DNA of 64,000 nt from Octopus vulgaris (taxonomy: Eukaryota): contig OX597819.1 of NCBI GenBank assembly GCA_951406725.2, positions 121,644,001 through 121,708,000 on the forward strand, written 5' to 3'. Below are positions 13,139 through 25,317 of the stretch, in pieces. The position numbers and the translations under genes were made by a program. The notes beneath the pieces were generated by a model. It saw only the letters and a program-made list of their open reading frames with translations. It was not told where the DNA came from and did no database searches. How positions within the stretch are numbered: the first letter of the stretch is position 1; each line of letters opens with the position of its first letter.

Positions 13139-13496
13139 CTGTGATTCTTAACCATTCTTTTGTCTATAATCCCCACTCTGGTCCCTAATTTACTCATCTG
13201 GACCCTCTTAGCCACATGATGTTTAAAATATCTGATGATATTTTTGTAATTAAATATTATTAGGAATTATGTAAAAACGAAATTGTTAAAATATTTTGTA
13301 CATTAGAGAAATATAACCAATTTATTGCATATAATTCCTGCTCCATGAAGATCCATCAGATGTTTTGGCAAGGCATTAAGAAGCTGTGGGCCCTACAATC
13401 CGAATCTATTGAAGCACATGGTCCTCAGTCTAAATGAGACTGCAGAACCTTATATGGGACTCTAAGGGCCACATAGATACCAGTTGAGAACCACTG
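13139..13496. mobile_element. hAT/Charlie-like MITE
   Basis: Termini CTGTGATTCTTAAC / GTTGAGAACCACTG. 8-bp target duplication CTATAGAT (13131) / CTATAGAC (13497). Confidence 0.7.
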
Positions 13497-13547
13497 CTAT
13501 AGACAAATGCCCTTTCAAATGTCAATCCCTTTACAATAGATACATGT

Positions 13548-13885
13548 AAAGGCACATTGCTCAGTGGTTAAAGCGTTGAGCTTATGATCGTGAGGTTGTG
13601 AGTTCGAATCTCGGACCAGGCTGCATGTTTTCTTGAGCAAGACACTTTATTTCATGTTGCTCCAGTTCACTCAGCTGTAGAAATGAGTTGTGATGTCACA
13701 GGTGCCAAGCTGTATCGGCCTTTGCCTTTCCCTTGGATAACACTGGTGGCTTGGAGAGGGGAGGCTGGTATGCATAGGCAACTGCTAGACTTCCATAAAT
13801 AACCTTGTCCAGATTTGTCCCTGGGTGGGTAACTTTCTAGGTGCAATTCCATGGTCAGTCATGACCAAAGGGGGTCTCAACAACA
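13548..13885 (+). mobile_element. tRNA-derived SINE family D
   Basis: GCTCAGTGGTTA A box, GTTCGAATC B box, TCTTGAGCAAGACACTT body. Related copies at 40573-40755 and 50168-50425. Confidence 0.75.
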
Positions 13886-14160
13886 ATAGATACAAATGCC
13901 CCTTCTAATATCAATCCCTTTACGATAGATACCAGATGCTCTTTTTCTGCTTTTTTTCCCCCATAACACCAGCACTAATGAGATCACCATGCAACTTGCA
14001 ACACTATGGACCCAGAGAGAGAATTAGCTTTGTGCTTGGAGATTCATGTTTAAAGTGGGATAAGGTCCAGAGCAGAAGAGGTGTCTTGCTCTAGAGGTGC
14101 TACATGACCACACAGGCAGAATTTATTCCACTATGCTTCAGTTCATTTAGCTATCAGGAA

Positions 14161-14465
14161 TATTCTTTTATTCTTTTATATATTTTAGCCCTAAGGTTGT
14201 GGCCATACTGGGGCACGGCCAGTGTAATCACCTTTTCAGTGACCAATCTTATGTGATTAGCTTTTGGTGAAGAATGGAGTTCGAAACTGCTGCCCTCTAT
14301 TGAGTCTGGGACCCTGAATAGCAAGAAGTCAAGTTGTTTCTTGAAAACACCTATCTCCGCCCCATGAAGCTCCATCAGATGTTTTGGCAAGGCATTAAAA
14401 AGCTGTGGGCCCTACAGTCCAAATCTATTGCAGCACATGGTCTTCAGTCTAAATGGGGCAGCGAA
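14161..14465 (-). mobile_element. CR1/L2-group LINE 3' end
   Basis: Minus strand GPQLFNALPKHLMELHGAEIGVFKKQLDFLLFRVPD, then a 3' UTR ending in (TAAAAGAA)n. Confidence 0.7.
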
Positions 14466-16469
14466 ATTAGTGTTAGATGATCTGATAGTTTTTTTTGTCT
14501 TTTTTTTTTTGCATTGATGTGTATGAACCAACGAATCTCTACATGATCACTAGACACACCTGAAATGACAGCTAAGCCTTCCTGAAATCAAATCCTAATA
14601 TCATAGACAAGGAAACAATAGATAAAACTGTTGTGAGTTCCTTTGCAGAGGAAAAAGACAGGATGGTCACCGCTTGAATGTCCTTGATCATAGGGTTGCT
14701 TCATCATTGGATGATACGATCTTGATTTTCTTTTACAGGATGGTCAAAACTGGAGCGCTTTTGATTGTAGGCCTGTTTGTTCAGTGCTAACTTGGGACTA
14801 AACAACAATAATTTGTGTTAGATGAACATTGTATATCCTCTCCAGGGTTTGTCTCTCTTCTGCTTGGATGGCTAGAGAAACCTCATCAGGTTTAGTTGTG
14901 TCCATTTGACAGTATCTGGAATAAGCCCCTCCCTATCAAGGGTTGTTAATTTTCCCTGCTTAAATTTGGAATTTGGGCTGGTATCAAGCATGTCCAGTCA
15001 CAGGCCCATGTTGAGAAAGAAGAAGGGATGGTGTACAAGGCTAGCAACAATGTCGTTATAATTCGTGTTACCATGGAAACAACAAACCACCTGATATTTT
15101 AACGGATATAGGAGGCATATGTGTGTATGTGTGTCCATTTGTTATTTCTTTATTGCCCACAAGGGGCTAAATATAGAAGGGACAAACAAGGACAGACAAA
15201 GGGATTAAGTTGATTACATCGACCCCAGTGCATAACTGGTACTTATTTCATCGACCCCAAAAGAATGAACGTCAAAGTTGACCTCGGCGGAATTTGAACT
15301 CAGAATGTAATGGCATGCTAACGTTTCTGCCAGCTCGCCACTTTAATGTGTATCCATTTGTGTGTGTGTGTATACGTGCACATGCATGTGTATGTGTACA
15401 TGCATGGGTGCACACATGTGTATGCATGTACATATGTGTGCATGCATGCATGCATGTGTGTGTGTGTGTGTCTGCTTGTGCATGCCTGTGTGCATCTTTG
15501 CATTCATACTTGAATCTAGTCACTTGCCAATCAGTGTTGGTTTGTTTGCGTTCCTCATGATTTAGCAACTTGGTGCAAAGAGCTTGATCAAAATGCTAGT
15601 GGTTAAATCCTAGTAACAAGAGATTGATAAAGTTTGGTCAAAATTGGTCAACTAAAAAATTAAGGCATTTCTGTTGCTAACCCTTACGTGTTTCCAAGTG
15701 TAAAGTAATGTTTCCCCATAACCAGACATGTTTTCATGGAAGACTGGAAACAATAGACACCACTTGTTTGATGGTGACACTCATTTACAACTATCACACA
15801 ACAAAAATCAAAAACAGATCAAGATCGAAATCATCATCATCATCATCATCATTGTTTAACGTCCGCTATCCATGCTAGCATGGGTTGGACGGTTCAACTG
15901 GGGTCTGGGAAGCCCGAAGGCTGCACCAGGCCAGTCAGATCTTGCGGTGTTTCTACAGCTTGATGCCCTTCCTAACACCAACCACTCCGTGAGTGTAGTG
16001 GGTGCTTTTTATGTGCCACCGATACAGGTGCCAGACAAGGCTGGCAAACGGCCATGCTCGGATGGTGCTTTTTACGTGCCACCGGCACAAAATCAAAATG
16101 GAAATTGCAGGTGTGGCTGATGCTAGTGCCACCTGATTGGCACTCGTGCAGGTGGCACATAAAAAGCACCATCTAACAAACCCATTCACAAGGCTTTGGT
16201 CAACCCAGGTTATAGCTGAAGGCACTTGCAGTGGGATTGATCCTGAAACCACACGATTAAGATGCAAATGTCTGACCACAACAGCCAAGCCTACTCATTG
16301 GATTTTTATCTCATTATCTTTTACTCTTTTACTTGTTTCACTCATTTGACTGTGGCCATGCTGGAGCACCGCCTTTAGTCGAGCAAATCGGCCCCAGGAC
16401 TTATTCTTTGTAAGCCTAGTACTTATTCTATCAGTCTCTTTTGCCGAACCACTAATTATGGGGTCAAAT

Positions 16470-16551
<82 letters not shown>

Positions 16552-17838
16552 AACCTTTACATAAATAAATAACATGAAATACACGAAGGGACGAACAAAA
16601 AGACAAACGGGTCATTCAAAGCCTTCATTCTTCAGTCAGAAACTGATCCCTCATCGTAGATTTCGGCTGTTTAATTCTGTCAACGGGCTTCTCTCAGTTT
16701 CTGTCTACAAAATCCACTCACAAGGATTTGGCCGGCCTGAGGCTATAGTAGAAGACACTTGCCCAAGGTGCCATGCAGTGGGACTGAACCCGGGACCATA
16801 TGGCTGGTAAGCAAGCTACTTATCACCTTTCAGCTTCCATCTTCCAAATCCACTCACAAGGCTTTTGGTCAGCCTGAGATGGTAGTAGAAGACACTTGTC
16901 TGAAGTGTCACACGTTGGGAATGAACTTGGAACCATGTGGTTGAGAAGCAAGCGCTCTACTGCATGGCCACGCCTACGTAAAAATTAAAAAAAGTAATAA
17001 TAATAATTAGAAATTAATAAATGAACAATAAAACAAAACAATGCATCATCATAAAAGCAAACGATAAGCAACACCCCCCAGAAGAGACATCAAAAAACAC
17101 CCCCTTCTCAATCATTAAATAACATCTACAAAAACACTAACGAATCCGATATACATCGAGAAAAAAAAAAAATTAAATACAGAAGTAAATGGTAATTAAA
17201 AAAAAAATAAAGAAACCGACATGAAAGAATAAACCCCAAAAAATGAAAATCATAATTATATCACACCAACAAACATAAATCAAGTGAAATTAATTAATAA
17301 TGCCCTCGTTGGTAAGATTCTGTCAAAGGTCACTGTGGACCGGAAGTCCCCAGATCAACATCTGTATTTATACATTATGATAAACATTTTCAAAGTGGAC
17401 AGTCGAGACATTAACGGCTTTTATATTCAAATACTTATCGAGGTTGTGGAAATTCTTGATGGGAAAATAAAGATAAACCTATTATTAGCGCCATCGCGAA
17501 AGTTAATCTAATTCTTGGATGGAGGCTCCATTATCAGTGTTTCAGAAGATATCGGCAAGAACCGGAAGCACTTAAATACTATTTGCTTATACATAAAAGA
17601 CAAAAATTGGGTGTCATGATGGAAATTTTGTGTACAACAAGTTTCAGTTTGTTTGTAAGAACATGCAGAGGGAGTTGGCTTTTTACCTCTGGTTTGTTTT
17701 CTTAAATATCAGAGCACTCTATGTGAATAGCAGTCACGTATTTATTCACAAAGGATGCACAAACACGCACATACGTGCATGTATACATACCTATATATAC
17801 ATATATAAAATATGAATATAATATATGTATGTGTGTAT

Positions 17839-17870
<32 letters not shown>

Positions 17871-19749
17871 GTATATACATACACATACACACATGCATAT
17901 AGGTGTGGGCATAGCTATATGGTAAGAAGTTTGCTTATGGTTCCTGATCATATGATTAGAGATTCCACCTGACCCATGCAAGCATAGAAAAGTGGATGTT
18001 AAAAATGGTGCTGCTGCTGGTGATGGTGATGATAGGGATATGTGTATGTGAGTCATCATCATCATCATCGTTTCACATCCGCTTTCCATGGTAGCATGGG
18101 TTGGACAATTTGACTGAGGGCTGGCGAACCAGATGGCTGCACCGGGCTTCAATCTTGATTTGGCAGAGTTTCTACAGCTGGATGCCCTTCCTAACGCCAA
18201 CCACTCTGAGAGTTTAGTGGGTGCTTTTTATGTGCCACCAGCATGGGGGCAAGTCAGGCAGTACTGGCAATGACCTCGTTCGAATCTTTTTACACATGCC
18301 ACCAGCACAGGTGCTAGTAAGGCAATGCTGGTAACGATCACGCTCGAAAGGTGCCTTTTACGTGCCACCAGCACAGAGGCCAGTTGGCCACTCTGGCAAT
18401 AATCACACTCGGATGGTGCCCTTAGCACCCTACTAGCATGGGGCTCAAGTGCCATTGTTTTGTGTATGACTTTAAATTGTATCTGTTAGTCTCCTAGCTA
18501 TGGGTTAACTAGTATGTTAACCACTAAGAGTGAAGACCCCTAGTTCTTGGTTAGAACTTCCTTCTAGAAGCTAAACTCATGAAAAACAAAAAGATCCTAA
18601 AATGCAGTCAGTTTCTGGTCATCACAACCTCAGTTGTCAGTTGTGCCACTGCTTTTATGTAGCTGATAGCAATAAAATGTTGGTTCAAGGTTATATATAT
18701 ATATAATGGTCTTATCTTATTTTAATTTCATTTTTGTTAGTATCATTATTATAATTATTTTTATTCATTTTATTTATTTCCTTTTGTTAATAGTTTATAT
18801 ATTATTATTTAATTTACATAGGCTGATTTATATATAATTAGTTCACTTTTATTTTATTTGTTGGCACTTAAAATTTATACAGTTGAATTTTGTATAAATG
18901 TTTACATTTATATATACCTAATCAGCATTGAAATATATCTTCTGATGCTCTTTAATAACTATGGAAACAGTGATCCTGCGTTAATGTGTTAAAACCACAT
19001 TATATCTGATTGGCAGCTGATGAGATACCCACTTCAGTTATGCTTAATCTATTTATGTTCTCATTTATGTCTTCACTGATTGTCTTTGTCCTGTTTGCTT
19101 TTTTGCTTACCGATTGTATGAAAAGTCCTTATTTTGCTTCATTGTTCTTTGATGAGATGTTTATTAAGGCTAGTAGTAGATTCTATATCTAATTTTTAAA
19201 TATACATACACACATGCATGCACATACACATACTAACATACATAATATGTATATACATACATATATATATGCCCACACATATATAGACATATATGTGTTC
19301 ATACATAGCTCTATATGCACATCCATACATACATGCATACACTCATACACATACATACTCATGCACATACATCTATTCATACATAAATGCATACACAACT
19401 ACATACACACATATACACATAAAGTCCTGGTGTCAATTTGTTTGACTGAAGTCCTTTAACCCTTTACCGTTTAAACTGACCAGATCTGGCCTCTCAAACA
19501 TACCCAGCAATATCATTCTAAAGATAAACACTCATGTCACTGAAACCTCAAAGATACAAGGTGACGCATGACTGATTCATATCAATCCCATTATAAAACT
19601 GCGTGATGTTTCTCTATCCATTACATTTATATGTTGTTGCCTCGGTGGTCTTGTGGGTAAAGACGTATGTTGGCAATGACAAACAGCCTGGGTGGTGTTC
19701 AATCCTACTCATGTCTTGTATTAAGGGGTCATTACTAAAAATTTTATAT

Positions 19750-20152
19750 AGGCGTAGGAGTGGCTGTGTGGTAAGTAGCTTGCTTACTACCCACATGGTT
19801 CTGTGTTCAGTCCCACTGTGTGGCACCTTGGGCAAGTGTCTTGTACTATAGCCTCGGGCTGACCAGAGCCTTGTGAGTGGATTTGGTAGAAGGAAACTGA
19901 AAGAAGTCCGTCATATATGTGTGTGTGTGTGTGTATGTATGTTTGTGTGTTTGTATTTATCCCCCCAAAATCGTTTGACAACCGATGCTGGTATTTTTAC
20001 ATCCCTGTAACTTAGCAGGTTGGCAAAGAGACCGATAGAATCAGTATTAGGCTTACAAAGAATAAGTCCTGGGGTCGATTTGCTCGACCAAAAGACGGTG
20101 CTCCAGCATGGCCTCAGTCAAATGACTGAAATAAGTAAAAGAGTAAAAGAGT
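19750..20152 (+). mobile_element. SINE family A, full length
   Basis: GGAGTGGCTGTGTGGTAAG head with GGTTCAGTCCC-type B box and GTAAAAGA tail repeats. Confidence 0.9.
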
Positions 20153-20521
20153 AACTCCTCCTAGACTGTTGGTGCAAACTCAAACCGATAACTCCCCTAA
20201 TCCCAAGGAATGTCCGAAGAGAGTCTAGTTTTTTAAGGGCCACCTAATTGGGGCCCCACTGACACCGCACCTGTTTTTACTACATTCTAAACTAAATACA
20301 TGGCATTGGTGACAGATGACAATGAATTTCATACCATGAACTCCCAGGGAGCATCGTGAAGAGGTTCAATTTCTGAAGGGCCGCTTAAATGGCACCCCAG
20401 TGACCCCTTATTTTTACTGCATTTACCTTGCTCTTATGCTTATTGATTAAACTATGATCAGCATTAGTGTTTAGCACATTTTCAGAAATAAGTTCGGGCA
20501 TTCTAAATGCTTTTACGTACA

Positions 20522-20912
20522 TAGGTGCTGGAGTGGCTGTGTGGTAAGTAGTTTGCTTATCAACCACATGGTTCTGGGTTCAGTCCCACTGCATGGCACC
20601 TTGGGCAAGTGTCTTCTACTATAGCTTTGGGCCGACCAAAGCCTTGTGAGTGGATTTGATAGACGGAAACTGAAAGAAGCCCATCGTATGTGTGTGCATA
20701 TGTTTGTGTGTCTGTGTTTGTCCCCCCCAACATCGCTTGTAACCGATGCTGGTGTGTTTACTTCCCCGTAACTTTGCGGTTCGGCAAAAGAGACCCATAG
20801 AATAAGTACTAGGCTTCTAAAGAATAAGTCCTGTGGTCGATTTGCTCGACTAAAGGCGGTGCTCCAGCATGGCCGCAGTCAAATGACTGAAACAAGTAAA
20901 AGAGTAAAAGAG
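20522..20912 (+). mobile_element. SINE family A, full length
   Basis: Same head, body and tail as other family A copies. Confidence 0.9.
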
Positions 20913-21276
20913 TATTCAGATTGAGATAAAGGGTTATAACAGGTAAGTTTCAGGTGTGGTAGTGTGGATGTTTAAATTTTGTAGTTTATGAAATATTTGA
21001 CACAGAAATCTGAATAGTAAAGGGTTAAGGCAGTGCCACAGCATGGCCACAGCCCAGTGACTGAAACTACAAAAAGACAAAAAAATGCTACCTTTATTCA
21101 AATGCCTGTTCAGTCATGACTAGCCTAGGGCTAAAACCACCACCACCACAGCAACAACAACAATAACAACAAATAGTGTGTCCCCAAACATTCCTTGTTA
21201 TATGTAAACACAATTTCAACTGAGTTTTAGTATTTTTTTCTCTTTCATTTTAAGTTTTTTTGTGTTTTTATTTTAA

Positions 21277-21885
21277 GACGGTGAGCTGGCAGAAACATTA
21301 GCATGCCAGGTGAAATGCTTAGTGGTATTTCATCTGCTGCTACATTCTGAGTTCAAATTCCGCCAAGGTCGACTTTGTCTTTCATCCTTTTGGGGTCGAT
21401 TAAATAAGTACCAGTTACGCACTGGGGTTGATATAATCGACTTAATCCATTTGTCTGTCCTTGTTTGTCCTCTCTGTGTTTAGCCCCTTGTGGGTAGTAA
21501 AGAAATAGGTATTTCGTTTGTCTTTACATTCTGAGTTCAAATTCCGCCGAGGTCGACTTTGCTTTTCATCCTTTCGGGGTCGATTAAATAAGTACCAGTT
21601 ACGCACTGGGGTTGATATAATCGACTTAATCCATTTGTCTGTCCTTGTTTGTCCTCTCTGTGTTTAGCCCCTTGTGGGTAGTAAAGAAATAGGTATTTCG
21701 TTTGTCTTTATGTTCTGAGTTCAAATTCTGCCATGGTCAACTTTGCCTTTCATCCTCTCGGGGGCAGGTGTGGGGGATGGGGTCCATAAATTAAATACCA
21801 GTTGCATACTGGGGTCGATCTAATCAACTGCCGCCCCACCCCCACTCCCCACAAACTTCGGGCCTTGTGCCTAGAGTAGAAAAGA
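21277..21885 (+). mobile_element. SINE family B with body repeated three times
   Basis: One GAGCTGGCAGAAAC head followed by three TTCTGAGTTCAAATTC...GTCGATTAAATAAGTACCAG-type units. Confidence 0.85.
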
Positions 21886-22248
21886 ATATTTTAATAATTT
21901 TATTTCTAGTTTTATTTTATTTATCCTTTTGATTTCCATTTTAATTAATTTATTTTTTTGTTCTCTGCTTCTTTTTCTCTCACCAACACCACAGCTCTTA
22001 GTTAAAGATATTTTGATATTGGTGCCGCCATTACCATAGCCACCACCGGCTTGTATCTCGGCATCTTTCTTAATTTACCTATTATGGAATGAAACGATAG
22101 TGAAAATTTACCAGAACATACATTACCTAACACCATTACTTTATCGATATTATTATTATTATTTTTATTATTATCATTATTATTATTATTATTTTTATTA
22201 TTATCATTATTATTATTATTATTTTTATTATTATCATTATTATTATCA

Positions 22249-22300
<52 letters not shown>

Positions 22301-23317
22301 CGTTGTTATTATTATCATCATCATCATCATCATCATTACCATCATCATCAACAGCATAATATTATTAGTAGTAGTATTAATGTTAATTATTATTATAATT
22401 ATCACCATCATCATCATCATAATCATCAGCAGCATCTTATTGTTATTAGTAGTATTAGTGCTTATTCTTATTATTATTGTCATCATCTTGTGTAATATTA
22501 TCATTATTACTATTATTATTATTATTATTATTATTATTAGTTTTATTATTATAATTATCATGATCATTATTATTATCATCATTATCTTTACTATCATTAT
22601 TATTGATATTAATATCATCATCATCATTATTATTATTATTATCATCATTATTACTATTATTATTATTATTATCCCCATCATCATGTTGTTATTATTATTA
22701 TCGTTACCGTCATCGTCGTCATCGTCGTTGTCATCGCCATCATCATCATCATTATCATTAACATGGTCATATAAAAATGCTCATAACATTTACACAAGCT
22801 CACAACGGAAACAAGAGAAATTAGAAAGGAAAAAAAAACAAAGATATAATAAAACAAAAATAAATAAATAGGATAAAGCATAACAAAAAACAACAAACAC
22901 AAACACACACACACACACACACCTCTTCCCGATACAATTTAGAAGCTTAAATCAACCGGTTTTATACGCTCTTATCATACTTCAGTTACAGGGAAAAAGG
23001 AAGATGCTTATATGTATATATCTTAGAGATACAGCTATTTCTGCAGTGATTAACTTATGAATATAATTATCTGATTTGCATTAAGATCTTCCTCGTTATA
23101 CTGAAAATATGCTCTAATGATTAGGAGAAATACATGTTATCTGTCCCCTTTTTCTCTCTCGTCTTTCCCCTTGTTCCTGTTCCTTCTCGTTATCTTTCCC
23201 TTATTCTCTCTGTCTGTCTGTTTCTCTCCCTCTCTCTCTCTCTCTTTGTCTCTTGAAGACTTTGCATTGTGTGATTTCAATCTTTATAAATAAGAAAACA
23301 AACAAAAAAATTAAATA

Positions 23318-23348
<31 letters not shown>

Positions 23349-23697
23349 AATAAAAAAAAAAATGTAGTAAAATTTTTGATTTCGATAATTCAAAATAGAA
23401 ATGTATGTATTTTCCTTTAATAATTTCTCATCTTAAAAACTTAGTGTTTTCGATAACTATCTCATTATTCCTAATATTAAGAAGATATACAACATACAGT
23501 AAAGGAGGAATATTTTTATCTAAAGAGAATCAGCAGCATTAAAACAAAAGACTTCGAATAGGATTATAACACACACATATATACATAAGCACACGTGTGT
23601 GTCTATATATGTATATATATGCATGTGTGTGTGTGTGCGTGCATAAATTTATATATATGTTTATATATATGTATGTATATGTATACATATATATTTA

Positions 23698-23738
<41 letters not shown>

Positions 23739-24249
23739 ATATATACATATACAAATATCTATGTATATACAATATGAGGATGTAAGTCGGAATAGACAGT
23801 TTGTATTTTGTACGCAAACTACACTGATCTAAATATACATACATGTGTGTGTATGCCTGTTGTATGTGTGTATAAGGATTGAGTGTATATGTGTATATTT
23901 TTGATTACGCTCACACGTACACTTATACATAGGTGCAGATGTGGCTGTGTAGTAAGAAGGAGAAGGTTGCTTTCAAACCACATGGTTTCAGGTTCAGTCC
24001 CACTGCGTGCCACCTTGGGCGAGTGTCTTCTACTATAGCATTGGGCTGGCAACACTCTTGTGAGTAGATTTGATAGACAGAAACAAAAACAAGCCTGTTG
24101 TATATCTGTGTGTGCATGAGCGCATGAGTTGTAGTGCACCTGAGCACTGTACACAATTATTATTATTATTATTATGTGCACATGCATGCACAGGTAATCG
24201 TATGTCTGTGTGTGGTTTGTATACATGCATACATTTATATTTATTTATG

Positions 24250-24290
<41 letters not shown>

Positions 24291-24369
24291 ATCTCTCTCT
24301 CTATATATATATACATATATATACATATACACACACACACATATATATGCATATATATATGTGTATATA

Positions 24370-24718
24370 TCATCATCATCATCATCATCATCGTTTAACG
24401 TCCGTTCTCCATGCTAGCATGGGTTGGACGGTTCGACCGGGGTTCTGGTAAGCCATGGAGGCTGCACCAGGCTCCAGTCTAATCTGGCAATGTTTCTACA
24501 GCTGGATGCCCTTCCTAATGCCAACCACTCTGTGAGTGTAGTGGGTGCTTTTTACGTGCCACCTGCACAGGTGCCAGGCGAGGCTGGCAACGGCCACGGT
24601 CAGATTGGTGTATTTTATGTGCCACCGGCACGGAAGCCAGTCGAGGCGGTGCTGGCATCGGCCACGAGTCGGATAGTGCCTTTTACGTACCACCAGACCA
24701 GGGATCCTGGCTGGTTCA

Positions 24719-24720
<2 letters not shown>
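24370..24720 (-). mobile_element. SINE-like family C copy
   Basis: Plus strand reads (CAT)n CGTTTAACGTCCG...GGATGCCCTTCCTAATGCCAACC. Confidence 0.85.
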
Positions 24721-24751
<31 letters not shown>

Positions 24752-25055
24752 TCAAATTTACAGAAATCACAAGGCGAAGACAGGTGATGGAATAGATGCT
24801 TGAGAAGAATGGAAAAAGTTTTTGACATCTCAAGCATATGCTCTTTGATAGAAAAAAACTGAAAGGAGAAAATAGAGAGAACGGGAAAAAACAGAGAGAC
24901 AATAATCTGTCGGTGCTTACAGTTCAACATAATGAAATGATTGGAAGAAATGTGTGTGTGTGTGTGTGTCTGTGTCTGTGTGTTTGTGTGTGTCTCTGTG
25001 TGTACAGATATAAATATGCGTGTGTGTGTGTATACATATATATTTGTATGAATGC

Positions 25056-25098
<43 letters not shown>

Positions 25099-25247
25099 CA
25101 TATATATGCATTTAGAGGAATCAAAAAGACTAATTTCTCTTATTATAATTTCTCCACTTTGATAATTAGATAGTTACAATTTGGGTATCCAGCTGTAAAC
25201 ACCAGGTCTAAGAATAACAACTTGCATAGCAACTGGATTTACAGGTC

Positions 25248-25317
<70 letters not shown>

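Larger units (their letters stand above)
19460..21024. mobile_element. piggyBac-type non-autonomous element with two nested SINEs
   Basis: TTAA at 19456-19459 and 21025-21028. Termini CCCTTTAC.../...GTAAAGGG. Splits a SINE tail. Confidence 0.8.

Noticed and set aside
24540-24700. CRISPR-like spacing of palindromic ~25-nt repeats
   Set aside because: The spacers are related to each other, the arrays are internal to a dispersed eukaryotic retroelement, and there are no cas genes.
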